64,000 nt of DNA from an uncultured Verrucomicrobiales bacterium. GTDB taxonomy: Bacteria; Verrucomicrobiota; Verrucomicrobiia; Verrucomicrobiales; DEV007. Numbering within the stretch: position 1 is the stretch's first letter; the number at the start of each line of letters is the position of its first letter. The stretch spans positions 1 to 64,000 of the forward strand of contig CALKOM010000115.1 of the NCBI GenBank assembly GCA_938091905.1, given 5' to 3'. The position numbers and the translations under genes are program-made. Shown here one piece after another: positions 41,581-51,335 of the stretch. The notes below the pieces were generated by a model that worked only from the letters and a program-made list of their open reading frames with translations, searched no databases and was not told the DNA's origin.

Positions 41581-42273
41581 ATGCGATACTTCATTTTAGG
41601 CTACGTTTTCCTCATTGCCCTTGTCGTCAGCGTTGCTGGCTTCCGGGGAACCAAATCAGCGCGTTCACCGATTCAGGTCTTTCGCGATATGGATATGCAG
41701 GCCAAATCGAACGCGCAATCTACCAGTGACTTTTTCGCCAGCGGGCAAGCAGCGCAGGAGCCCGTGCCTGGGACCATTCCTATGGGATGGGAAGTGCCAA
41801 CGTTAGCTGCCTCTGCTGGGGGCGAAGCAAATCTGGACGGCTATGCCTTCGCTAGTGATTATCTGAATACTGGTAAGATCGGTGAGTATTACGGGCACGG
41901 CATCCCGGAGGAGATCACTGTTGATTCCGCATTCTTGGAAAGAGGCCAGCAGAAATACGGTATCTACTGCGCCATTTGCCATGGTGAGTCCGGAAACGGT
42001 GCTGGCGTCATCAGCAAGTATGGCTTGCTACCGACCAGCCTAATCACCGCACCGGTTGTCGATCCTGCTCAGCGTCCGGACGGAAATATCTACGATGTTG
42101 TCGTGAACGGTAAAGGTCTCATGGGTGGTTACAGTGCCAGGCTCACCTTGCGGGATCGTTGGTCTATTGTAGCCTACGTTCGCACTTTGCAGCAACGCAA
42201 GGCAATGCCCGCTGCCGAAGTTCAAAAAGCGTTTGATGAGGCCCAGGGGGAGGCGGAGCCAGCGGCTGAGTAA
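41581..42273 (+). CDS. actE: ACIII monoheme cytochrome c subunit
   Basis: DMD.Q.K, PVPGTIP, YCAICHG, G.GLM.GY, DRW.IVAYVR.LQ. Confidence 0.92.
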   Translation: MRYFILGYVFLIALVVSVAGFRGTKSARSPIQVFRDMDMQAKSNAQSTSDFFASGQAAQEPVPGTIPMGWEVPTLAASAGGEANLDGYAFASDYLNTGKIGEYYGHGIPEEITVDSAFLERGQQKYGIYCAICHGESGNGAGVISKYGLLPTSLITAPVVDPAQRPDGNIYDVVVNGKGLMGGYSARLTLRDRWSIVAYVRTLQQRKAMPAAEVQKAFDEAQGEAEPAAE

Positions 42274-42303
42274 GTTGACAAAGCCCTGCAAAATATATTT
42301 AAC

Positions 42304-43674
42304 ATGAGTTCCCATTCCCAAATCGACCTGCCGCCGGATGGTGAGCGCCTGGATGCCAGCAAGCTGGCATCCATACGCAAGGTGGCCTTTGCGATCGGTT
42401 TTATCGGCCTGATTGCTTCCGGGATTCTTTTCTTCTCGCCTTTGGCCGAGAAGTTCATCTATTCTTGGCTTTTCGGTTTCTACTACTTCTTCAGTCTCGC
42501 TTTGGGCGGGATGTTCTGGATGCTTCTGCATCACGCGACCAATTCTGGTTGGGGGATTGCGGTTCGGCGGATCTTTGAGAATCTCGCCTGCGTCATTCCC
42601 TTCATGGCTTTGCTAGTCATTCCGTTGCTCATTCCAAATCTTCGCGATTCACTTTACGAATGGACCAAGCACCTGACCGAAATTTCGCATGAGATGCATG
42701 CCGACGGCGCAGTCGAGGCGGCTGCGGGTGCGGCGATGGACCAAGGTCATGAAGGCCACAGCCTTCGCCATGCTGTTCACGTAAAGGCTCAAGAAGATCC
42801 ACATCTCTACTTGCTCTATCATAAGTATCCTTATCTCAATAAGACGTTCTTTTACATCCGTGCCTTTGGTTACTTCTTCGCGCTGGGATTAATTGCGCTG
42901 TGGATGCGTTCCTTGTCTGCTCGCCAGGACGAGGATGGAGACCATAAGTGGACTTACCGGATGCGACGCGCGGCCTGCGGTTTTTTACCTGTTTTCGCTG
43001 TCGCTTCGACCTTTGCGGCGATCGATTATCTCAAGTGCCTCGACTATGCTTGGTTCTCTACTATGTGGGGTGTCTATATTTTTGCCGGTTGTGCGTTAAA
43101 CTCAATGGCTTTATCTATCTTGCTGGTACTCTTCTTGAAGCGAATGGGTCACCTCAAGTTGGTCAATCAGGAGCATCTGCACGTCATGGGTAAGCTGATG
43201 TTCGCGTTCGTCATCTTCTGGGCCTACATCACTTTTTCTCAATACTTCCTCATCTGGTATGCCAACATCCCCGAAGAGACAAAATACTTTATCACGCGGA
43301 ATACCGGCAACTGGCATATCGGAAGCTCGGCTCTCATGTGGGTGCATTTTGTCATTCCGTTCCTCTTCCTCCTTCCTGCATGGGTGAAGAAGAGCACCAA
43401 GTATGTTGCGATGGCGTGTATTTGGAATCTGTGCGCACACGTCCTCGATTATTACATGATCATCATGCCAGAGCGTTTCGTGTCTCTTGCTTCTAACGCC
43501 GAAATGATGGCCGCGACGAACCCGTCTTATAGCGGTGCCTTCCTTCTCGATATCCTCGCTTTCGCCACTATAGGTGGTCTGGTGGTTTGGTATTTCTTAG
43601 GCCTGCTTTCGAAGCGTCGTCTCTATCCTTGCCGCGACCCTCGCCTGCATGAATCCGTGAACCTCGCTAACTAA
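42304..43674 (+). CDS. actF: ACIII membrane subunit F
   Basis: W....RRI.E, WFSTMWG, GKLMFAF..FWAY..FSQY.LIWYANIPEET. Confidence 0.93.
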   Translation: MSSHSQIDLPPDGERLDASKLASIRKVAFAIGFIGLIASGILFFSPLAEKFIYSWLFGFYYFFSLALGGMFWMLLHHATNSGWGIAVRRIFENLACVIPFMALLVIPLLIPNLRDSLYEWTKHLTEISHEMHADGAVEAAAGAAMDQGHEGHSLRHAVHVKAQEDPHLYLLYHKYPYLNKTFFYIRAFGYFFALGLIALWMRSLSARQDEDGDHKWTYRMRRAACGFLPVFAVASTFAAIDYLKCLDYAWFSTMWGVYIFAGCALNSMALSILLVLFLKRMGHLKLVNQEHLHVMGKLMFAFVIFWAYITFSQYFLIWYANIPEETKYFITRNTGNWHIGSSALMWVHFVIPFLFLLPAWVKKSTKYVAMACIWNLCAHVLDYYMIIMPERFVSLASNAEMMAATNPSYSGAFLLDILAFATIGGLVVWYFLGLLSKRRLYPCRDPRLHESVNLAN

Positions 43675-43688
43675 ATCTCATCGAGACT

Positions 43689-44096
43689 ATGGAAACGCAT
43701 TCTGGTGACACACCAATCAACCGCTTCTTCAGTTTCTGGGGGGCTATCCTGACGTTTGCCTCATTTGGCATCCTGGTTCTCTTTTTCGTCGCCTTTGAGG
43801 CCACGTTGCTATCGAACGCGAAGCCAGATCCCGATGATGTTCGTCGGACGGAACTGGACGCCGCCTCGCTGGCTGCACAGTCAGAGCTAGCGAACACGTG
43901 GAAGAAGAACGAGGACGGTACTATTGAAGTTCCCGCATCGGTGGCCCTCACTTCCATGATAGAGAAACTTTCTAAGGCGCAGAAATCGGCAGTGCCGGTT
44001 CCTGGCACCAAGGCAGCCGAAGCCGCTGCAGCGGCCATGGCGGCTCCTGCCGAGGCTGATAAACCTGAAACGGACGCAGCCCCAGCTCAGCAGTAA
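43689..44096 (+). CDS. Single-TM accessory protein, ActG-like by position
   Basis: One TM, W......IEVP...A motif, directly after actF. Confidence 0.65.
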   Translation: METHSGDTPINRFFSFWGAILTFASFGILVLFFVAFEATLLSNAKPDPDDVRRTELDAASLAAQSELANTWKKNEDGTIEVPASVALTSMIEKLSKAQKSAVPVPGTKAAEAAAAAMAAPAEADKPETDAAPAQQ

Positions 44097-44107
44097 CGAC
44101 CCTTTCA

Positions 44108-45586
44108 ATGGCGACTCAATCTAACATCGTGACGACGGCAACGCCGGAAGAGGATGCGCAACAGCGTGCGGCGATTGACCGTTCGCTGCGAATACCCGTT
44201 CTTTTCTTCTTCATTAGTGGCTTGGCTTGGCTTTTCGTTTCGCTAACCCTTGGCTTGGCCGCTTCAGTCAAGCTTCATAGCCCAGACCTTCTCGCTTCTT
44301 GGCCCTTCCTAACCTACGGACGCTTGCAACCAGCTCACCTTAATGCTTTCATTTATGGGTGGGTGTTCCAGGTCGGTCTTGGAACAGCGCTTTGGATCAT
44401 GGGACGTCTATGTCGCATCTCCCTGCCGCGTATAGCTACATTGGTCGTCGCCGGTGTTCTTTGGAACGTGGGCGTAAGTGTTGGTGTGGCTGGTATTCTG
44501 TTAGGGCAAGGGGCGTCGATATTATTCCTCGATTTTCCGAAGGGCGTCTGGGTTCTCATGTTCGTCGCTTACTGTATCATTGCTGGTTATCTGGTTATGA
44601 TGTTCAAAGCGCGTCGTGATGGGCACGTTTATATCTCTCAGTGGTACATTTTGGCCGCCTGTTTTTGGTTCCCTTGGATTTATCTCACTTCCAATCTCCT
44701 CATTCATCATTTCCCGAGTGCTGCCGTGATCAATGCAGCTATCGGCAGTTGGTATAGCGGTACGTTGCTCATGCTTTGGGTAGTACCAATTGGCCTAGGC
44801 GTCACTTACTATCTCATTCCCAAAGTAGTGGGTCGTCCCATTCATAGTTATCAGTTGGCGCTTGCCAGCTTCTGGAGCTTAGCCCTCCTCGGCGGCTGGG
44901 TCGGTGTCCAGCACTACATGGGTGGGCCTTTGCCTGCATGGATGCCTGCCGTAAGTGGTGCAGCGATGATCTTCATGATCGTGCCCATGGTCTTTATTGC
45001 TATCAATCATTACCGCACGGTGAAGGGCAGCATTGAATTAGTTAGTTTCAGCCCAACCCTCCGTTTTATCTTTTTTGGGGCCATTGCCTTTGCTGTATAC
45101 ATCTTGTTAGGTGCTGCGTTTTCTCTTTTCCGATTTGGTAAGCTATTCCAGTTTTCTCATGGTGAGCTCGGCGCTCAAATGACGGCGCTCTACGGTTTCT
45201 TCACTATGGTGATGTTTGGCGCGATCTACTTTATCATGCCGCGTCTGATGGGGTGCGAGTGGCGTTCAGGAAAGTGGATCCGTTTTCACTTTTGGTTTTC
45301 GGCCTACGGTACTGCAGCGATGCTGATCTGTTTGTTGATGGCCGGTCTCTTCCAAGGGCAGCAAGCTTTAGTCTATGAAGCCGACCACGTTCTCAGCGTG
45401 GAAGTCGCGCAGGGATTCCTTGTCGGGCGTTCTCTTGCTTGGATTCTCATTATTCTTTCGAACACCATGTTTTTCTTTCACGTGCTCTTGATGCTCTGCC
45501 GTCTTGGGCGTCGGAGTGGCCAAGCCACCTACATCCATCCTGAAAAGGCAGCCAAAGAGATGAAGCCTGCGCAAGCTCAAGCCTAG
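44108..45586 (+). CDS. cbb3-type oxidase subunit I (CcoN)-like membrane protein lacking most metal ligands
   Basis: LTYGRLQPAHLN, YISQWY, YYLIPK..GRPIHSY.L, IYFIMPRL, HFW; followed by a CcoO-like gene. Confidence 0.85.
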   Translation: MATQSNIVTTATPEEDAQQRAAIDRSLRIPVLFFFISGLAWLFVSLTLGLAASVKLHSPDLLASWPFLTYGRLQPAHLNAFIYGWVFQVGLGTALWIMGRLCRISLPRIATLVVAGVLWNVGVSVGVAGILLGQGASILFLDFPKGVWVLMFVAYCIIAGYLVMMFKARRDGHVYISQWYILAACFWFPWIYLTSNLLIHHFPSAAVINAAIGSWYSGTLLMLWVVPIGLGVTYYLIPKVVGRPIHSYQLALASFWSLALLGGWVGVQHYMGGPLPAWMPAVSGAAMIFMIVPMVFIAINHYRTVKGSIELVSFSPTLRFIFFGAIAFAVYILLGAAFSLFRFGKLFQFSHGELGAQMTALYGFFTMVMFGAIYFIMPRLMGCEWRSGKWIRFHFWFSAYGTAAMLICLLMAGLFQGQQALVYEADHVLSVEVAQGFLVGRSLAWILIILSNTMFFFHVLLMLCRLGRRSGQATYIHPEKAAKEMKPAQAQA

Positions 45587-45590
45587 TAGC

Positions 45591-46334
45591 ATGACTCAGA
45601 TCCGATCCTTTACTATCCTGCTTGCCATTACCTTCGGGCTTCCTTGGTTTGTGTTGATCTTGATACCCCACATGAGTTTCAAGGATCTTGTTGCAACGCC
45701 CTACAGCGAAGACGAACTTGAGCTTGCCGATGGAAGCTCTTACCCGCCTGGTGGTGCGGGTCGCGTCTCCAATGGCCACGCGGTTTATACGGCCGAAGGA
45801 TGTGCCTACTGTCACACGCAGATGGTTCGGCCTTCAGATCAGCTTGGTACAGACCTTTGGCGTGATGAGTGGAACGGCCGTGGACCCAATTGGGAGGGCG
45901 ATGAGGGCAAGCCGGCTCCTATTCGTACGCTTCGCCCCGAGGATTATCTCGAGGAGACCATCGCTCATCTTGGCATTCAGCGAACGGGGCCTGATCTAAG
46001 TAACTTCGGTTGGCGTAACCTTAGTAACCACGAGATTCATCAGTCGCTTTACAGCCCTCGTAGTGTGAAAGGTCGATCTAATATGCCCGGTTACAAGCAC
46101 CTCTACCGTGTCCAAAAAAAGGGTTCTGGTGGAGCAGGTTCAAAAGCTCTTTCTTTGGAGGGTGAATTTGCCCCAGTGGAAGGTTACGAAGTGGTCCCAA
46201 CACCACGGGCAGATGCGTTGGTTTCCTACCTGAAGTCTTTGAGAAAAGACTACCTAATTCCTAACAGCCTGAGCGGTAGCAGCCCGGCTGCGCCTGTCGC
46301 AGCAGCTGGTGGTGATGCGGCTCCCCAGTCCTAA
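45591..46334 (+). CDS. CcoO/FixO-like monoheme cytochrome c
   Basis: G..VY.AEGCAYCHTQMVR, RTGPDLSN.G.R, PRSV...SNMP.Y. Confidence 0.88.
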   Translation: MTQIRSFTILLAITFGLPWFVLILIPHMSFKDLVATPYSEDELELADGSSYPPGGAGRVSNGHAVYTAEGCAYCHTQMVRPSDQLGTDLWRDEWNGRGPNWEGDEGKPAPIRTLRPEDYLEETIAHLGIQRTGPDLSNFGWRNLSNHEIHQSLYSPRSVKGRSNMPGYKHLYRVQKKGSGGAGSKALSLEGEFAPVEGYEVVPTPRADALVSYLKSLRKDYLIPNSLSGSSPAAPVAAAGGDAAPQS

Positions 46335-47077
46335 TGAGTGAATCTGATCCTGACAAGCCTACCCACAGCGACTACGACGAGAAAGTAAGTGTTGTTAGCG
46401 AGCATGCCGCCGCCGCTGCACGTGAGAAACCCGATCCCAAGGACGGCAATGAGCCTGTTTCATTATGGGGCTTCTTTATTGCAGGGATCGCCCTGATCGT
46501 TGGGGCCGGGTATCTTGGTGCGACCAATGGCGGCTTCTCCAATGATAGCTTCACGTTTGTGGAAGATTATTTCGTCAAACCTGCGCCTTCAACTGGCGAG
46601 GAATCCGTCCTACCGGTTGGCGTAAAGTGGATGAAGGAGGGTAAGAAGCATTACAGCGCGATTTGTGCCGCGTGTCATCAGACTACTGGTGCTGGTCAGG
46701 CTGGTATCTATCCGCCGCTTGCCAATTCGGAGTGGGTTTACGAGGGGAGTGAGCGCCTCGCGATGATCATCTTAAATGGCATTCAGGGGCCAATCACGGT
46801 TGATGGTAAATCTTACAACAGCGTCATGACTCCATGGAAAGATGCCCTGAATGACAAGCAGATGGCGCAGGTGATGACATACATTCGGCTTTCTTGGGGC
46901 AACGATCAACTACTTAAGAACGGCGACAATGGCATCGTAACTGAGGAAATGATTAAAAGTGCCCGTGCCACGCACGACATTCCTGGCCTGAAGGTTTCTG
47001 ACCTCGAAGGTTTCAATAAGAATATTGATGGACCAATGATTGATCCTGAGACCATGCAGCCAATGGCTGCTGAGTAA
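46334..47077 (+). CDS. Membrane-anchored monoheme cytochrome c
   Basis: TM, CAACHQ..G.G..G.YPPLA.SEWV, YN..M, TYIR.SWGN. Confidence 0.9.
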   Translation: MSESDPDKPTHSDYDEKVSVVSEHAAAAAREKPDPKDGNEPVSLWGFFIAGIALIVGAGYLGATNGGFSNDSFTFVEDYFVKPAPSTGEESVLPVGVKWMKEGKKHYSAICAACHQTTGAGQAGIYPPLANSEWVYEGSERLAMIILNGIQGPITVDGKSYNSVMTPWKDALNDKQMAQVMTYIRLSWGNDQLLKNGDNGIVTEEMIKSARATHDIPGLKVSDLEGFNKNIDGPMIDPETMQPMAAE

Positions 47078-47121
47078 ATCGGGGGGGGTTCTTTTTAGTA
47101 TAACGTTAAAGTACAAAGACT

Positions 47122-49026
47122 ATGGCTACCGCTACAACTGCTAACCCGCACTTAGCCGATCACTCTCACGATAGTGATCATGGGCATCACGAGGATCCTT
47201 TCTGGAGAAAGTATGTCTTCTCGACCGATCACAAGATGATTGGTCTTCAGTATGGGTTTACCGCCCTCTTTTTCTTGGCATTCGGTTTCTACCTTATGCT
47301 CTGCATGCGTTGGAGTATTGCTTATCCAGGCGTGCAGTTGCCATGGTACCTGCGTCTTTTCCTTGTCGATCGCTTTGTGTCTGACGGGGTGATGAATGGT
47401 TCGCTCTACAACATGTTCGGAGCCATGCACGGCACCATCATGGTCTTTCTTGGGATCGTTCCGCTAGGCTTTGCAGCGTTTGGAAACTATGTGACTCCTT
47501 TGCAAATTGGGGCTATTGACATGGCTTTTCCTCGACTGAACATGGCCAGTTTCTGGTGTTTCTTCATCGGTGGGCTCATGATGCTTGGCAGTTTCTTTAT
47601 GCCTTCGGGCGCTGCTCAGGTGGGATGGACGAACTACTCGCCATTGGCGACCACAGCGCAGCTCGATTATCCTAATGTGTTTTGGACCGGGCAAACCATG
47701 TGGTTGTCGGCCATGGTCTTCATCATCACCTCATCTTTGCTCGGTGCGGTAAACTTCATTGCTACCATCATTAACTTGCGCGCCAAGGGTCTGACTTGGA
47801 TGCGGCTTCCGTTTTTTGTTTGGGCAATGATGGTCACGGGATTCCTTCTCCTTCTTGCTTTCCCACCGCTTGAGGTGGCTGCGATCATGCAGTTGATGGA
47901 TCGCTTGGCCTTCTCCAGTTTCTTTGTTCCCGAAGGTTTGGTCGTCAACGGGGCCCGTTTCGATGTCTCGGGTGGTGGCAGTCCGCTTTTGTATCAGCAC
48001 CTGTTCTGGTTCCTCGGCCACCCTGAGGTTTACGTCCTCCTCCTCCCTGCTATCGCCATTGTTGCCGAGGTTATTCCTGCCAACACCCGCAAGCCGCTCT
48101 GGGGTTATCGCTCCATGGTCTATGGTGTCTTAGTGTTAGGCTTTCTTAGCTTCATTGTGTGGGCACACCACATGTATATGACGGGCATGGGCGCTTGGGT
48201 CAGCGCGTTTTTTCAGACCACCACAGTGCTCATATCAGTACCTTCGGTCATTCTTCTGACTTGTTTGCTCATTTCTTTGTGGGGTGGGTCTATTCGTTTC
48301 ACGCCACCAATGCTTTGGGCTACCGCTTTTTTGCCAATGTTCGGTATCGGTGGCCTAACTGGATTGCCTTTGGCTTTCAACCTGATCGACTTACACCTGC
48401 ATGATACTTATTACGTTATTGGTCACTTCCACTACGTGGTCGCGCCGGGTGTCATTTTTGGACTTTTTGCAGGCCTCTATCATTGGTATCCAAACTGGAC
48501 CGGTCGAATGCTGAATGGGTTCCTTGCTCACCTCCATTTTTGGCCCTCCTTGATCGCCATGAACGTCCTCTTCGCGCCGATGATGGTTCAGGGTGTTGCG
48601 GGCTTTCACCGTCGCTGGTATGATGGCGGACAGTCGTTTCCTCTCACAACTGACAAGGTGCTCTTCGAAGCCAATGGTTTCATTTCCAACCTCTTTGCCA
48701 ATGGTGAGTTGATCACCATTCGCGATCTCAACATTCTCATGACCTTCGGGGCCATGATGCTCGCCGTTGCTCAGCTTCCGTTCATCATCAACTTTTTTGG
48801 GTCATTGGTCTTCGGTAAAAAGATAACTAGCGATAATCCCTGGGGAGCTACGACCCTTGAGTGGGCCACGCCAACTCCGCCGCCGCACGGTAACTTCACG
48901 TTTGAGCCGGTTGCTGATAAGGGCCCTTACGAGTATAGTGTGCCCGGTGCGGACCGTGATTTCACTCCCCAGTGGATCGAGCCGGCCGAGGAAGGTAGGC
49001 CAGTGGAGGAACCCGTAAAGGTTTAG
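47122..49026 (+). CDS. ctaD: Cytochrome c oxidase subunit I, A1-type
   Basis: STDHK.IG, MHGTIM, DMAFPRLN, GHPEVY, WAHH, HDTYYVIGHFHY, RR, NPW.A.TLEW. Confidence 0.96.
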   Translation: MATATTANPHLADHSHDSDHGHHEDPFWRKYVFSTDHKMIGLQYGFTALFFLAFGFYLMLCMRWSIAYPGVQLPWYLRLFLVDRFVSDGVMNGSLYNMFGAMHGTIMVFLGIVPLGFAAFGNYVTPLQIGAIDMAFPRLNMASFWCFFIGGLMMLGSFFMPSGAAQVGWTNYSPLATTAQLDYPNVFWTGQTMWLSAMVFIITSSLLGAVNFIATIINLRAKGLTWMRLPFFVWAMMVTGFLLLLAFPPLEVAAIMQLMDRLAFSSFFVPEGLVVNGARFDVSGGGSPLLYQHLFWFLGHPEVYVLLLPAIAIVAEVIPANTRKPLWGYRSMVYGVLVLGFLSFIVWAHHMYMTGMGAWVSAFFQTTTVLISVPSVILLTCLLISLWGGSIRFTPPMLWATAFLPMFGIGGLTGLPLAFNLIDLHLHDTYYVIGHFHYVVAPGVIFGLFAGLYHWYPNWTGRMLNGFLAHLHFWPSLIAMNVLFAPMMVQGVAGFHRRWYDGGQSFPLTTDKVLFEANGFISNLFANGELITIRDLNILMTFGAMMLAVAQLPFIINFFGSLVFGKKITSDNPWGATTLEWATPTPPPHGNFTFEPVADKGPYEYSVPGADRDFTPQWIEPAEEGRPVEEPVKV

Positions 49027-49053
49027 CTGATTCTAGCATTTATTTAGGTAACC

Positions 49054-50526
49054 ATGGATATCCCATACACCGTCACCGCCCGTCCTGATACGGGGCTTTG
49101 GAATGCCAAGGTTGGCATCTGGCTCTTCCTCGCATCCGAGGTCATGCTCTTCGGTGGTCTCTTTTCAAGCTACATCTTCTTGCGCCTCGGAGCCGACTAT
49201 CCTTGGCCGATGCATGAGTTGCAGGTAGGCTTTGGGTTTGTGAACACGCTCGTGCTTATCGCATCGAGTGTCTTCGTTGTCTATGCTTGGGTGGCGTTGA
49301 AGATGCGCAACTGGCGACGGTTCCAGTTCTGGATGTTTCTCGTCATAGTGAGTGCTGGGCTTTTCTTGGTTAACAAAAGCTTCGAGTATTACAACAAGCT
49401 TACTCATTATCACGCCGAATTGCAGGATGGCACCATCATTGCGGGCCATTTACCAAAGGAGAATTCGAAGGAGGCTAAGAGCATCGTCTTTGAGGCGTCC
49501 CACGTTTCAGTCGACAGTGCTTCTGGTAGTCATTACTTCCTCAAGTATCTTGAGAACAAGGACGACGTTAGGTTCGTGACGGAGGGTGGGATCGAAGTGG
49601 ATCCTTCTCGAAAATGGTTTGAGAACTTGAAGAGGGGTCTGAAGCTGAGTGCTAAAGCGGATCGTTTGGCCGCAGAGGGGGATATAGCAGCGGCTGACAG
49701 ACTTTCTGCGGCGGTTGAGAAGGATTACAAGATCCTCGGAGAAGTGAACGGTGCTGGTCAGGTGAGACTCACACTCTCAAAGCCAGGAAAGTTTGTCGTC
49801 CCTCGGCATAAGACTCTGTCTTGGGAGGAGACGAAGATGGACTTTACACGCGGGCTTGCCACAAGCCTAGAAGGCATGTTGGTTTCTGCTAGTCTAAAGC
49901 TCGCTGTGGATGAACTCGATATGCGAGAGTATCTTCGCCGAGACGAGCCCCGCGAGAAGGTCATTTCTGAATCGACGCTTTTCGGGCACTTTGATGAAAA
50001 TGCAGAAGGTCAGCAACTTCTCAAGGATTTCACGGATTACCACACGCCCTTGGTCGCGGAGTATGAGGCCGCTGTAGCGGAGTGGAGGCTGGAGAATCCC
50101 GGTGAAGAGTTCGAGGAGGACACTTTCATGGAGTGGGAGAGGATCAAGTTAGACAAGCTTCACAAAATATTGGAGGAAGGTCACGCTGCCAGTGGTGATG
50201 GCTACGAGCAAACAGCAGCAGCCGGGGCCGGTGCTGGTCATCATGGCCATCCGTACGTTACGGTTCCATTCGAGGATGTGAGATTCTTCTCCAACTACGG
50301 TCCGCGAAAGAATCCCTACAATGCCATCTATTTCACTATGACAGGTTTGCACGGATTGCACGTGCTTGGCGGAATGTTCGTTCTCGGTTATTTCCTTGTC
50401 TTTGGTAGGAAATTATTCCTTCAAAATCCGGAGCACATGGCAAATCGAGTGGAGGTGGGTGGTCTTTTCTGGCACTTTGTCGACTTGGTCTGGATTTTCC
50501 TCTTCCCGATCTTCTACCTGATGTAG
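49054..50526 (+). CDS. ctaE: Cytochrome c oxidase subunit III with large soluble insertion
   Basis: WLFLASEVMLF, NT.VLI.SS, YF.MTGLHGLHV, GLFWHFVDLVWIFLFP. Confidence 0.92.
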   Translation: MDIPYTVTARPDTGLWNAKVGIWLFLASEVMLFGGLFSSYIFLRLGADYPWPMHELQVGFGFVNTLVLIASSVFVVYAWVALKMRNWRRFQFWMFLVIVSAGLFLVNKSFEYYNKLTHYHAELQDGTIIAGHLPKENSKEAKSIVFEASHVSVDSASGSHYFLKYLENKDDVRFVTEGGIEVDPSRKWFENLKRGLKLSAKADRLAAEGDIAAADRLSAAVEKDYKILGEVNGAGQVRLTLSKPGKFVVPRHKTLSWEETKMDFTRGLATSLEGMLVSASLKLAVDELDMREYLRRDEPREKVISESTLFGHFDENAEGQQLLKDFTDYHTPLVAEYEAAVAEWRLENPGEEFEEDTFMEWERIKLDKLHKILEEGHAASGDGYEQTAAAGAGAGHHGHPYVTVPFEDVRFFSNYGPRKNPYNAIYFTMTGLHGLHVLGGMFVLGYFLVFGRKLFLQNPEHMANRVEVGGLFWHFVDLVWIFLFPIFYLM

Positions 50527-50553
50527 GCAGTCTATCTACTAACTAATTTTCTT

Positions 50554-50862
50554 ATGGCAGACACCCCTGAAGAACTCCAAAAGCACCTTAAGGCTTACAC
50601 GATAGTTGGCGCGGCTCTGCTTGTGTTCACCGTGATTACGGTAGCCGTGACCTACGTGGACTTTGGTCACACTTTTGCCAATGTGGGTATAGGCCTTGGC
50701 ATCGCGACTTTCAAGGCAGGGTTGGTGGCTTACATCTTCATGCACTTGAACCATGAGCGCGCAATGATTTACCGCATCCTGGTCTTCACCTTCTTCTTCG
50801 TCGCTGGGATGTTTTTGCTCTTCATGCTCGCTCAGGCCGATCCAATTACTCGTTTCCGGTGA
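50554..50862 (+). CDS. Cytochrome c oxidase subunit IV family
   Basis: LLVFT.ITV, IA..KA.LV...FMHL. Confidence 0.9.
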   Translation: MADTPEELQKHLKAYTIVGAALLVFTVITVAVTYVDFGHTFANVGIGLGIATFKAGLVAYIFMHLNHERAMIYRILVFTFFFVAGMFLLFMLAQADPITRFR

Positions 50863-50884
50863 TCTAGCCAAGGACCTCGAACTC

Positions 50885-51088
50885 ATGTCTCTCAAAGCCT
50901 TTCATATCTTTTTCATATTCATGTCTATCGTCATCACGTTCGGTTTTGCGGCGTGGGTGCAGTTTGGCGCTACGGTGGATCAGAAGGCTTCACTCTCGAT
51001 CATGGCGGGAATTAGCGCTGTTCTTGGCTTCGGACTCATCGCCTATGGCATCCATTTTATTCGGAAGTCACGCGAGATCATCATCTAA
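50885..51088 (+). CDS. Small 2-TM protein in oxidase operon
   Basis: MSLKAFHIFFI start, two hydrophobic helices, operon spacing. Confidence 0.75.
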   Translation: MSLKAFHIFFIFMSIVITFGFAAWVQFGATVDQKASLSIMAGISAVLGFGLIAYGIHFIRKSREIII

Positions 51089-51101
51089 CCGATTGTAAAC
51101 T

Positions 51102-51302
51102 ATGAATCCTTCTATTTATACATTCGCTTGTGCTGTTTGTATGGCTCCGGGTCACAAGACAACGGAAGCCATCGGGTATGCGATCATGGCGCTGCTGATC
51201 ATTATGTTGGCTGTGCTCGGCGGTGTTGTTTTTTTCTTTGTGAGTATCAATCGCCGCGCCAAAGCGGTTGCTTCTGCAGAACAACAAGTGGCATTGGCTT
51301 AA
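51102..51302 (+). CDS. Small CxxC membrane protein in oxidase operon
   Basis: ACAVCM followed by one TM helix. Confidence 0.72.
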   Translation: MNPSIYTFACAVCMAPGHKTTEAIGYAIMALLIIMLAVLGGVVFFFVSINRRAKAVASAEQQVALA

Positions 51303-51335
51303 ACTCTTCCTTTTCACCCTGGCATCTACCTTATA

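Noticed and set aside
44108..47077. A functional cbb3 oxidase (ccoNOP)
   Set aside because: Subunit I lacks the CuB and heme b3 histidines, and no diheme CcoP or ccoGHIS genes are present.
47081..47088. G8 tracts (here and at 32710-32717) as phase-variation switches
   Set aside because: Short and apparently non-coding; no evidence of length variation from a single sequence.
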